Assembly (NCBI GenBank): GCA_964019335.1 | Contig: OZ025750.1 | Span: 186,001 to 250,000 of the forward strand | Origin: Diplonema japonicum | Taxonomy: Eukaryota; Protista; Euglenozoa: Diplonemea | Direction: 5' to 3' | DNA length: 64,000 nucleotides | Shown here: in pieces, positions 54,473 to 64,000 of the stretch | Layout of the letters: the number at the start of each line of letters is the position of its first letter | How positions within the stretch are numbered: position 1 is the first letter of the stretch | Notes under the pieces: model-generated | Databases searched by the model: none | The model's input: the letters and a program-made list of their open reading frames with translations, nothing else | What the model was told of the DNA's origin: nothing | Translations under genes and position numbers: made by a program

Positions 54473-54530
54473 ATATCGTTCAAAAAGGGGAAGAACAAGA
54501 AAAAAAAAAGGAAAAAAGAAAAGAAAGAAA

Positions 54531-56777
54531 ATGAGGAAAAACACAATGTTGGTGTTAAGTACTCTTGTAGCTGTTGTGTTGGGGCGCCCGTGCGACAAGG
54601 CACCTTTACAGGGCACGCCTGCGTGTGACACCAGCAAGGGGGTGGCGGAACGTGCAGGGTACATTGTTGGGCAGCTTCAAAGAGACGAACAGATGGTGCT
54701 TTTTGCCAACACCGCGGGGGGCGTCTCGAGGCTGAACATCGACCCTTACCAATGGTGGAGCGAGGCCCTACATGGTGTGGGGAACAGCCCCGGTGTCACC
54801 TTCTCCGCCCCGACCCCATACGCCACGTCGTTCCCGCAGGTCATCACGTCGTCAGCGTCATTCAATAAAACGTTATGGCACGCCATCGGGTCTACCATCT
54901 CTACGGAGGCACGTGCAATGTCCAATGTGGGCCACGCTGGGTTGACATTCTGGGCGCCGAATATCAATCTGATTAGAGATCCAAGGTGGGGTCGTGGGCA
55001 TGAAACACCCGGGGAAGATCCATTCGCCACAGCGCGTTACGCACAGAGCTTCGTGACGGGGATGCAAGAGGGCGAGGACCCGGGGCATCTAAAGGTCTCG
55101 TCTTGCTGCAAGCATTACTACGCATACGACCTTGAGAACTGGGGGGAGACAGACCGGCACACGTTTGATGCGAACATCACGAAGCAAGACGAGACGGACA
55201 GCTACCTGCCGGCTTTCTTCTCATGCGTAGTGAACGGGAAGGCCTCCGGCATGATGTGCAGCTACAACGCTGTCAACGGTGTACCCAGCTGCGCCAACGA
55301 ACGCATCATGTCAACGATATCCCGTGGGAAGTGGGGCTTTGACGGGTACATCACCTCCGACTGCGGTGCCGTGTATGATGTATCAGTCTCCCACGGCTAC
55401 GCCCCTCCCAACGAGACCTGCAACGACGTCCTCACAGCTGGAATGGACTCTGACTGTGGAACCTTTCTCAACACGTATCTTAACACGTCTTTGAATGAAG
55501 GCGTTGCGACACAGTCTGCGGTGGCAACGGCTCTGACACACTTGTTCTCTGTTCAGATCCGGCTTGGTATTTTCGACCCGGTCTCGACGCAGCCTTACCT
55601 TAACTATTCTTACGCCACGAAGCTTGACACGCAGGAGCACCGCCAGCTTGCTTTGGAGGCCGCGCAGCAAGGTCTTGTCTTGTTGAAGAACGGCGGCTCA
55701 TTCCCGTTGAGCAACTCCACGTCCCCCACCATTGCCGTCGTCGGTCCCAACGCCAACGCCACCACAACGATGCAGGCGAACTACCAAGGACAGGCACCGT
55801 ACCTAATCTCACCTCTGCAGGGTATTGGAAACTACGCCAGGACGATTTACAGTTTGGGTTGCGACACCAACTGTGTGGACAGATCGGGTTTTGCAGAGGC
55901 ACGGGAAGCCGCATCGATTGCCGATGCAACTGTTCTCGTCATCGGTATCAGCACGGAACAGGAAGCGGAAGGACGCGACCGTTCCAGCATCGCACTGCCG
56001 GGTGCTCAGGAAGACTTGATAACCGAAGTTGTATCGGCGTCAAGAGGCCCTGTCATGGTGGTGGTCATGGCTGGTGGTTCTGTTGACTTCTCTGTTGCCA
56101 AGGAGTCCTCCAAGGTCGACTCCATCCTGTGGGTGGGGTACCCGGGGCAGTCAGGTGGACAGGCCATTGCCGACGCTCTATTCGGCAGGGTGAACCCTTC
56201 TGGAAGGCTGCCCGCAACGCAATATTTCAAAAGCTACACCACCTACCTCCCAATGACCGATATGAACATGCGCCCGGACGGCAGATACAACCCAGGAAGA
56301 ACCTACCGTTTCCTGACAGAATCCTCTGTGTATAGATATGGCGATGGTATCTCGTATACTAAGTTCATTTATTCATCAAGCATGAAGGATTCTGTGAAGC
56401 TCAGCTTCGATAGCATCCTTCAGGCATCGCAAGCGTTCAATGAGAATGGGACTTACGGCACTACTGCAGGCTCAAAGGCACTCGCTGATTTGTCCTTCAC
56501 CGTGACTAATAAGGGGCGTTACACTGGGCAGGATGCTCTCCTTCTCTTTGCGGTTCCGCCCTCGCCAGGTTCTTCAGGGAGGCCTCTTAAATCCCTTGTA
56601 GAATTCATAAAGGTGCCCGATATTGCCCCTGGTGGAGCAGTTGATGTCATTTTCCATGTTTACGACATAAGCCTCTGTGTTGCGGACGAAAACGGGCTGT
56701 GGCAGCCAGTCAAAGGTGACTGGAAGTTCGGGATCGGCCCTGATATTAGTTCTCCTGTTACCATCACTGTGCAGTGA
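54531..56777 (+). CDS. Secreted GH3 glycoside hydrolase, beta-xylosidase/arabinofuranosidase-like
   Basis: Signal peptide; WWSEALHGV, RDPRWGRGHETPGEDP, CCKHY, MCSYN, WGFDGYITSDC (nucleophile), EAEGRDR; Fn3-like tail. Start may be 54546. Confidence 0.93.
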   Translation: MRKNTMLVLSTLVAVVLGRPCDKAPLQGTPACDTSKGVAERAGYIVGQLQRDEQMVLFANTAGGVSRLNIDPYQWWSEALHGVGNSPGVTFSAPTPYATSFPQVITSSASFNKTLWHAIGSTISTEARAMSNVGHAGLTFWAPNINLIRDPRWGRGHETPGEDPFATARYAQSFVTGMQEGEDPGHLKVSSCCKHYYAYDLENWGETDRHTFDANITKQDETDSYLPAFFSCVVNGKASGMMCSYNAVNGVPSCANERIMSTISRGKWGFDGYITSDCGAVYDVSVSHGYAPPNETCNDVLTAGMDSDCGTFLNTYLNTSLNEGVATQSAVATALTHLFSVQIRLGIFDPVSTQPYLNYSYATKLDTQEHRQLALEAAQQGLVLLKNGGSFPLSNSTSPTIAVVGPNANATTTMQANYQGQAPYLISPLQGIGNYARTIYSLGCDTNCVDRSGFAEAREAASIADATVLVIGISTEQEAEGRDRSSIALPGAQEDLITEVVSASRGPVMVVVMAGGSVDFSVAKESSKVDSILWVGYPGQSGGQAIADALFGRVNPSGRLPATQYFKSYTTYLPMTDMNMRPDGRYNPGRTYRFLTESSVYRYGDGISYTKFIYSSSMKDSVKLSFDSILQASQAFNENGTYGTTAGSKALADLSFTVTNKGRYTGQDALLLFAVPPSPGSSGRPLKSLVEFIKVPDIAPGGAVDVIFHVYDISLCVADENGLWQPVKGDWKFGIGPDISSPVTITVQ

Positions 56778-57091
56778 GGTATCTTCTTTATTGGAAAAAG
56801 GAAAACAAGAAACAAAGAAACAAAGAATGATAGTATGCAGTATTTTATATATTTTTTATACTGTGTGTGTATTGCTATCTCTTTCCGACTCTTATCTTTT
56901 TTTTTTGTTTTTTTTTTCTTTTTAGTGTGTTTTTTTTAAAATTAAAAAATCTTTTTTTTGCTTTGCAAATTAAAAGAAAAAAGCGAACGTTATTGCCTTC
57001 CAGTTTTTTCATTCCATTGCAGTTCATTCCGTCATTGAGTTTTTCACAGGATACGGGCTTGGCTTCCTTTTCTTCCCCCCCCCCCCCCCGC

Positions 57092-57988
57092 ATGCTGAGA
57101 AATCAGGATTCCGCGCCCCCTGCTGGCGCGGTACAACTGGACCAGCTACTCGACAGCGGTTACTATGAAGAGGAAGAAAAAAGGTTGGAAAGAGTAGGAG
57201 CCCTACGAAGCGGCCCCATCCACGGGGGAATGATGCAGCCCTGCAGCTATGACGAGGCCGACCAGGCAACACAGGTAGTGAGGTGGGCCCTTGAGGCCAA
57301 AAAATGCGAACGAGTGAGGTTCTTCGTGCATGCCGTGAAGAAGTTCAGCATGGCAACGAAAAAAGTACAAAAGGCAGTCCGGACATGGAACCGAATACAG
57401 GAGACCTGGCTCATGAAGGACCTTTCAACATGGAACAATGATGATTCTCGCCTTTTGAACTCATTTCACGCGACAGCTGAGCTCTACCAGTCTCGCAAGT
57501 CCCCCCTTTTGAACATAGTGGCAAATGAGTACCGAGAGGTGCACTGCCCAAGGGAGATTAAAATCCAGATCCTGAAGGACCACCACCAGACAGTTCGGAA
57601 GTCGTACTGCGAGAGTCTTCGTGACGGGTCCTCTGCTTCTCTTGAGACGCCTCTTCCTGTTGCTGACCTCCGGAAGCAGGCTGTGGACCAGTACCGTGCC
57701 CAGCAGACACATGCGAAGGAGGTGCAGCGAAAGTCTAGCTCCGTCCTCCCTGTCATCAGCACTTCCTTCATAACTGAGTGGACGCAAGATGTCCCGTACA
57801 CCCCCACTGGGCACAGGGCATCCTTGGGTCTCAGGCGCCGCTCACGTCGTCGTAAGGGCAGGAAGAAGGTAAGACCCAAGGAAGACCGTTCCAGTACACT
57901 TCCGCTTATCGCCCCGCGTCCCCCTCCTGCAGAGCACCCTTCGTTTGCAAACCCAAGAAGGCGCATGACCACCTTTGAGCCTTCGTGA
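57092..57988 (+). CDS. Hypothetical protein (basic C-terminus)
   Basis: ~298-codon ORF with coding-like composition between low-complexity flanks; no recognisable domain. Confidence 0.6.
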   Translation: MLRNQDSAPPAGAVQLDQLLDSGYYEEEEKRLERVGALRSGPIHGGMMQPCSYDEADQATQVVRWALEAKKCERVRFFVHAVKKFSMATKKVQKAVRTWNRIQETWLMKDLSTWNNDDSRLLNSFHATAELYQSRKSPLLNIVANEYREVHCPREIKIQILKDHHQTVRKSYCESLRDGSSASLETPLPVADLRKQAVDQYRAQQTHAKEVQRKSSSVLPVISTSFITEWTQDVPYTPTGHRASLGLRRRSRRRKGRKKVRPKEDRSSTLPLIAPRPPPAEHPSFANPRRRMTTFEPS

Positions 57989-58094
57989 GAAAGGAAGAAA
58001 AAAAGAGAACACTCGTACGACGCTTTTTCCAAATCGTTGTCTTTTGTTTTTTTGGGAACGACCCCAAAAAGGGGGAGCATCATAAGGTAGGCAC

Positions 58095-58190
58095 GGGCCG
58101 TTGCTAACCACTTCGTTCCTATCATAGTGAATTTTTCCTTCTTTCTTTTACTAACCACTTTCGTTTTTCCTATCGTAGTGAAATTCCCCC
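58095..58190 (+). repeat. ~42-bp dispersed motif gggccgttgctnaccacttcgttcctatcatagtgaattt (also 17114-17155 and 28627-28665)
   Basis: Three near-identical copies; partial tandem duplicate at ~58150-58185. Confidence 0.7.
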
Positions 58191-58462
58191 TTTTTTTTTT
58201 TTCTTCTTCGTTTTTCTTTTTAAGGTAGACCCGTTGCTTTTTAAGATTTATAAAACTGGCTCCCCGTTCTCTGCCGATGTCTGACATTATCTCTTTCTTC
58301 AGAGGGTTTCCTTGTTCCACAAGTTGCGTCAGTTCCTCTACCGATACCACCACGCCTTCCCAGAGTCTGGCGGCTCCTTAGCGGTGTCTGTGAGCTGCTT
58401 GCACTTCACCGATCCAGGAAAAGAAAAAGAAAAAGAAATAAAAAGAGGGGGGGGGAAAGAAA

Positions 58463-59461
58463 ATGAAAACGATTCTCTTAGTCATGGCCGCCGCCTCCCA
58501 GCACCTCGCGGCAGGGCAGATGGGGAACTGCTCCGTGTACACGGTGGACGCGAGCTCGAAGTGTTCTGATGCTTGTGGGGAGTGTTTCAATCCGGGCGGC
58601 AGGCCGGGGCAGCTCTGCAGGGACCAAGGGTCAAAGAGCGGGTACTACTGCGAAGCCTTCGCTTGCATGGACTGGACATTTGGATCAACATACATGCGCG
58701 CCGCGGAGCACGAGTTCAACAAAACAGAGAACCTTTCCGTCTACTTTGGAGTAGGAAGCTTTGGCTCGGACGATCCAATGTCCGGGCTAGGAATGTGCCT
58801 CCGCCTCGCTGTCGAGGGTGTGGACCGTGACATCATCGTACAGTCCATTAACACAGGCGGTGACGTACAGGGCAACCAGTTCGACATGCAAGTAGGCGAC
58901 GGTGGCTTTGGTGCGAACAACAAATGTGCAGGTGGATCAGGGAAAATGTACCCCGGTACCACAGCGACATGGGGGCATGAGTATGGTGGGGTCGATAACA
59001 GGTCAGCCTGTTCAGGGCTTCCAAAATATCCGGTGATAAGCGGTCCAATGAAAGCTGCTGGAGATGATCTCGTGACTTTGTGTCAGTACAGTTTTGACAA
59101 GAACGCGCGGATTCAACCGCCTTCGCAGCCTTCTAATCCTACAATTAGGAACATGAAGCGGGTTCGGTGCCCGCCTGCATTGGTGAACGCCACCTACCTC
59201 GAGCGGACTGATGATCCTGCTGGTTACGACGGCCCGTCCCTCCCTGGTTTTCCAAACACTGCTGTGTCTTGCCAATCCAGTCCTTGGGACCTTTCGTTTT
59301 GTTTAACTCGTATGATGGATTGTTGCAAACCGTCGGGTGCTTGGAAAGACAATGTGAGGTCTAGTCTTACCAAGCCTGGGAAGAAGGTAGTGCAGCCTTG
59401 TACTTCTGATGGGTACACCAGGTACGATGTGCAGTGCGGGTGTATGGATTGCGAATGTTGA
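58463..59461 (+). CDS. Secreted Cys-rich GH45 endoglucanase-like protein, circularly permuted
   Basis: IIVQSINTGGDV..NQFDMQVGDGGFG, YGGV, RVRCPPALV and RTDD precede TRMMDCCKPSGAW, which is normally N-terminal in GH45. Confidence 0.82.
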   Translation: MKTILLVMAAASQHLAAGQMGNCSVYTVDASSKCSDACGECFNPGGRPGQLCRDQGSKSGYYCEAFACMDWTFGSTYMRAAEHEFNKTENLSVYFGVGSFGSDDPMSGLGMCLRLAVEGVDRDIIVQSINTGGDVQGNQFDMQVGDGGFGANNKCAGGSGKMYPGTTATWGHEYGGVDNRSACSGLPKYPVISGPMKAAGDDLVTLCQYSFDKNARIQPPSQPSNPTIRNMKRVRCPPALVNATYLERTDDPAGYDGPSLPGFPNTAVSCQSSPWDLSFCLTRMMDCCKPSGAWKDNVRSSLTKPGKKVVQPCTSDGYTRYDVQCGCMDCEC

Positions 59462-59887
59462 GGAGAAAAAAAGAAAGAAAAAAAAATCACTGGGCGACAC
59501 AAAAGATTCTTCCTTTAGAGAGGGGAAAGAAAAAAAAAAAAAAAAAGAATTTTCTGTTTTTTTTTTTTTTTTTATCTTTCTTTTGTGAACGATGGTCGCA
59601 GCGGTGATGTCTCTCCTCCACTCCCCCTTTCTTTTGATGAACAGAAACACGTGTTATTTGTAGTTATCAAAAAGAATGTCGTCAACAATTTGCGTTACAA
59701 GTAATTTCCTTATCAGGGGGGGGGGGGGGGGAATAAGGTTTATAACCGTTTTTCTTTTTCCCTATTTCTTTTTTTTTTTTTCGCCCACGTTCCCCCTGCT
59801 CTAGTTTTTACACTGATGCTTAGCTGCTGGCGTAGTTGGTCATTTATTATCTTCTCATTTTCTTTTTCTCTTTTTTGTGCCCGAAGG

Positions 59888-59930
<43 letters not shown>

Positions 59931-60986
59931 CCAACCAACTATGGAAAACAGCCAAAGACCCGCTCATGTCCTACTGCCTGAGACGGGTTATCACCGGAGG
60001 GGTCCCCTACCTTAGCCCGCATGCAGGAACGAATCAAAGAAGCGTCCCCCTGGCACCAGAAGGTGACGGCACCGAAGAAGTCGAAGAGAGCATAAGCCAA
60101 GTCCCAACAACGACAGTATCACGCACACAAGGGTTCAGGTGCGACCTGTGTGAATCACCGTACCCGGACACGGTAACCCTACTCCGCCACCAACTCTACG
60201 AGTGCGCCTGCGCACAGGAAGAGCTAGCACAGGACGGCTTGGAACCACTGCGCAACAGGACAGGATGGCCCCTATGTCTGGAATTGCACGCGATTCTGCC
60301 GAGAGGACATGACTTTGCGTACCTAGAGAAGCTGCAACGATACTTAGCCGTGGTGGTTGAGAAACGAGACGTAGAGCTCATGCAGAAGGAGGATGTCAAC
60401 ACACAGCCGCTACCGTGGATTCGAAATGTGGTAGGTAAGAAATGCCCCGTTCCGATAGCTGGCGAGCTCGAAGGAGTGAGCGGGGTCCTGTCCCAGTACC
60501 TGAACCCGCTGCTACAATGGTTGTCACAACTGCGCTGGGTGGAGAAGGACACCACCTCGGAGGTGTCGGCGGTGGAACTGGCCATTGACTTCGAATGGAC
60601 GACCGGAAAGTCTTTGGGAGGCCTGCTGGAAGATAGGGCGCGCAGAATCAAAGCTCTCATCGTAAAGATAAACACAGCATGCAGGGCACGGAAGAAGCGA
60701 CGCCCCTTCCCAGCGGACGAGAGAAAAAGAGTGAAGTCCCTCATCGCCATTGGAGGAAAGGCAGCTATTGGTTTCTCCAGGAGGCCTATTTTCGCCACCC
60801 GCTCCACGCACGGCAAGCTAATGGAATTGAAAGCCGACTACAAGCGGGACCGCATCACACGACTCCGCAAGACGCTCACGGCCTCAATAGGAATGAAAGC
60901 AATGCTCCAGAAGGGGAGTATTAACAGATAGACCCCCCCCTCCCATAGGGCGGCCCTCTAGCGGGGGGCTTGTCCTGTACTTTGAG
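59931..60986 (+). mobile_element. LINE-D: strongly 5'-truncated non-LTR element (CCHC finger + C-terminal domain)
   Basis: LRRVITGG, CDLC...HQLYEC, WLSQLRW...ELAIDFE, GFSRRP; T tracts on both sides; GC-rich 3' UTR stem. Confidence 0.85.
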
Positions 60987-60996
60987 TTTTTTTTTT

Positions 60997-61092
60997 GCAA
61001 GAACGAGTCTTCGACTTGTCTAAACAAAAAAAGAACCTCACAAACTTCCTCCAGGTTTTACTACGGCACGTGCAAACAACGGCCGGTTCCTC
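60997..61092 (+). repeat. Copy of the ~110-bp SINE-like repeat in the T tail of LINE-D
   Basis: Matches 43024-43136. Confidence 0.75.
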
Positions 61093-61309
61093 TTTTTTTT
61101 TTTTTTTCCAAACGTTTTTCTTTCCCTGCTAACCTTTTTGTTGCACCTTCTTGTTTTTCTCCCTTTCTTTTTTTTTTTCACTTGTGCTTAAATGGTCTTT
61201 TCTTAAAGAGAAGGCCTCTTTATTGATAAAAGGTCAGCTTTTGCGACTCTGTAATATATTTCTTTCAGCTGCTGCAATTCCATCTTTCACTTCAGGTCGG
61301 GAGGAGGTT

Positions 61310-63448
61310 ATGAGGCCACTACATGCGTGCCCCCCTTTCCGTTGGGCAATGCGTCCATGGGACACCCCACAGGACTCCTTCGCCAAGCGAATGATAGTTT
61401 ATGCTGTAGTTCTGTTCTGGTTTCTGTTTCCGATTGCGATCCTCCCGCGCCTCACCTCTCCTTCCAGCGCTCTGGAAAAGCTGTCTGCTGTGTCTTACAT
61501 CATTGCTGCTTGTATGCCGATGACGGTGTTCTTTGATGGGAAGTACAGGCCTTTCTTCGTCGAGCTTTCTCTGTATGCTCTGCTCGTGAATATAATATCA
61601 GAAGACTATTTGTTCGCGCTGCTTGATAAGTCTGCCTACTGGGCATGGGTCGTTCCTGTCATCGATGCATGTCTTGCATTTCAGCTACCTAAGAGGGCCA
61701 CGAGAAACGTAATTTGCTGCACCCTCATCTGGCTCACGTTACGCTACACTGAGACCGCCTTCCGCTTTGGCCTCTACGATGCATGGTACACACCTTCTCA
61801 GGGCGAGCGACGCGATATCTCTGATGATTTCTACAACTGCACCTCCCTTCCCTGCAAGAGGGATGTGTCTCAAAGCATTGCCGACTACCTTAGCAGCGCG
61901 TCTCTCTTTCTTATTGATTACTACTACACAAGAGGCTTCGCCTCCAGGCTCTTCAAAGAGAGGGACAAGATGGGTGAGGTGATCAAAACAGCGGAACACA
62001 TTGCCGACTCCCTCTCGAAGTTCGACCTCGCCCAGGCTGAGGCTGTCCTTGGGGACTCTGAGCTCCCCGAGCCCATGCACGACGCCTTCAGCAGGATCCT
62101 CGACAACCTCCGCAGATACCGCCCCTACCTCCCTGAGGCCCTGTTCTCCGAGACAAGCAGATGTTCAGAGGACCGTTCGAGTATCCCCGCCCCCGGCCTC
62201 GTAACGAAGCATGTGGCGATGGTGTTCACTGACATCCAGGGGTCGACGGCAACTTGGGAAGCGAGCCCCGATGGGATGAAGGAGGGGCTTCGGGTACACA
62301 ACGATGTGATGCGGGAGTGTGCTGTGGCTTGGAACGGGTACGAGGTGAAGACGATCGGGGACGCCTTCATGGTCGCCTTCGAGCGGACCTGCGATGCTGT
62401 GTCCTTCTCCTTGTCTGTTCAGGAAAGCCTTGTTGAGGCACCGTGGCCCGAAGAGCTTCTCCGTCTCGACCACTGTTCCTACAATGACGACGGCCCTTGG
62501 TGCGGGCTCCGTGTTCGGATCGGTGTCCACTGTGGTGAGGTGGATGCACAGCTGAACTCCCTGACAGGTAGGTACGACTACTTCGGGAACACTGTGAACA
62601 AGGCGGCTCGGATGGAAGGGGCGTGCATCGGTGGGGCTGTTGCGGTGACACCTGAAGTGATGGACGATCTTCAAGACCTGGACGCAGTGGTGATCCCAAT
62701 GGGAATAACCGAGCTGAAGGGCTTCGAAGAGTCTATAAGCCCCTTCCTCCTCCTGCCAGCGGAACTGGAGGACCGCACCGCCTTCGTGGAGTCGCAGCTA
62801 CTCTTGAGCAAGGACGACAGGAAGATCCTCATAAGGGACAGCATCATGACAAGCGCGTCCCTGCGGAACCTGGCATTCTTGAAGACGGTCCCCTCGGCTA
62901 CTGTGTGCAAGGCGGAGGTGCAACTTGACACGGACGATGAGGGATCTGAGGTGACACACATTCTGAACGAGCTTCTTGCGAAGGTGACCCTTTGTGTGGA
63001 GCGAACGCACGGTGTGGTGATCTCCCTCCAGGGGAGCAGGGTGGCCCTTGGGTGGAACGCCTCGCGACCCTGCCGTTCCCATGTGGAGAGCGCGTTTGTT
63101 TTTGCAAGCTTGCTGCACCACTCATATGGACGCAAGGCTGAGTGTGTAGTCCTTGGGATATCCACCAGCCTTGTACACTATGGGGCATTGGGTGGCGAGA
63201 ACCAGAAGTTCATTGCGGTTGTGGGGAGCTGTCTTGGGGTGAGCGATGCCTTGTGCACGATGGGGATGCAGAGGGGGCTGTACTGCTTGTATGGGTCGTC
63301 GTCTTGTGGCGTTAGCTTGAGGATACCTGGAGTTCGAGTAGAGCGCCTTGCAGTTGAGAATTTTCGAAACGATGTTATTTTCCATGACCTGCAGGTCTGC
63401 AGGGTGCTAGTGAGCGGGTGTTCTAATATTGTGCAACCGGCACTCTGA
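61310..63448 (+). CDS. Multi-TM class III adenylate cyclase (paralog 6, dispersed)
   Basis: ATG at 61310 after ttcag|g; divergent TM module; catalytic core near-identical to paralogs 1-5. Confidence 0.9.
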   Translation: MRPLHACPPFRWAMRPWDTPQDSFAKRMIVYAVVLFWFLFPIAILPRLTSPSSALEKLSAVSYIIAACMPMTVFFDGKYRPFFVELSLYALLVNIISEDYLFALLDKSAYWAWVVPVIDACLAFQLPKRATRNVICCTLIWLTLRYTETAFRFGLYDAWYTPSQGERRDISDDFYNCTSLPCKRDVSQSIADYLSSASLFLIDYYYTRGFASRLFKERDKMGEVIKTAEHIADSLSKFDLAQAEAVLGDSELPEPMHDAFSRILDNLRRYRPYLPEALFSETSRCSEDRSSIPAPGLVTKHVAMVFTDIQGSTATWEASPDGMKEGLRVHNDVMRECAVAWNGYEVKTIGDAFMVAFERTCDAVSFSLSVQESLVEAPWPEELLRLDHCSYNDDGPWCGLRVRIGVHCGEVDAQLNSLTGRYDYFGNTVNKAARMEGACIGGAVAVTPEVMDDLQDLDAVVIPMGITELKGFEESISPFLLLPAELEDRTAFVESQLLLSKDDRKILIRDSIMTSASLRNLAFLKTVPSATVCKAEVQLDTDDEGSEVTHILNELLAKVTLCVERTHGVVISLQGSRVALGWNASRPCRSHVESAFVFASLLHHSYGRKAECVVLGISTSLVHYGALGGENQKFIAVVGSCLGVSDALCTMGMQRGLYCLYGSSSCGVSLRIPGVRVERLAVENFRNDVIFHDLQVCRVLVSGCSNIVQPAL

Positions 63449-64000
63449 TTTCTTTCCTTTGATTTTAGAAGGAAAAGAACCACCTGTTTTTTTTTTTTTT
63501 TTTTTCTTCTTTTTTTTTTTTTTTAGAAAACCTGTAGTTTTTTTTTTTTTTTTTTTATCTAAAAAAGAAAATGAAGAAAAGAGATGAGAACAAGGGCGTC
63601 TCATAATAAAGACTTCCTGTAACTCATATAAAGGGACCCCCGAATAATGTGTTTTCGCATCGTACTCATGTGTTGACAGCTTATCCAGTATTTGCTTTCT
63701 TTCATAGCCCGCAATGTCAATATTCCATTCCTGAGCAAGATCCCGAATCTATGCCAGACTTCCATGTCGATGATCCTTGCTCTATCTTTTTCCCTAAGGT
63801 CTTGACAAACGTGCCCAAATAAAGGGTTTGTTCGGGGCCCCCCCTTTTATATTTTTCTTCTTCTCTTCTTCTGTTTCTTTTTCTTTTTCTTTCCCACAAG
63901 AGTTTTATGTTTACCGCCAAAAATGAGCACAATCTTTATGATGAATAAAACGCTTGTCATCAAGAAAGAAAGAACACGTGGCAGCTCCATGCACAGCGAA

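Overview
Eukaryotic protist DNA with a 200-N scaffold gap at 1133-1332. It is probably euglenozoan (diplonemid-like), inferred from the all-plus-strand gene order, pyrimidine-tract/AG acceptors upstream of some ATGs, short GT-AG introns and expanded receptor-type class III cyclases. Intergenic DNA is dominated by A/T/C/G homopolymers. Host genes: six paralogous multi-TM adenylate cyclases with mosaic (gene-conversion-like) structure, a spliced receptor pseudo-cyclase, a cyclase fused to a bacterial-type sugar-binding domain, a Pro/Val-rich surface protein, a ubiquitin-like/LRR protein, ankyrin relics, a Cbl-TKB-like (EF-hand+SH2-like) protein, a GH3 beta-xylosidase-like enzyme and an apparently circularly permuted GH45. 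Mobile DNA: two near-full-length APE-RT non-LTR retrotransposons, two 5'-truncated ones, several relics and short repeats, and nested non-autonomous DNA transposons. Main highlights: (1) in both long retroelements ORF1 and ORF2 are in frame and separated by a single TGA, followed by a hydrophobic segment plus 2A peptide in one and an OTU protease domain in the other; (2) the retroelements are bounded by T tracts rather than ending in poly(A); (3) the permuted GH45; (4) the Cbl-like module. All domain calls come from motif recognition by eye; no database searches were run.
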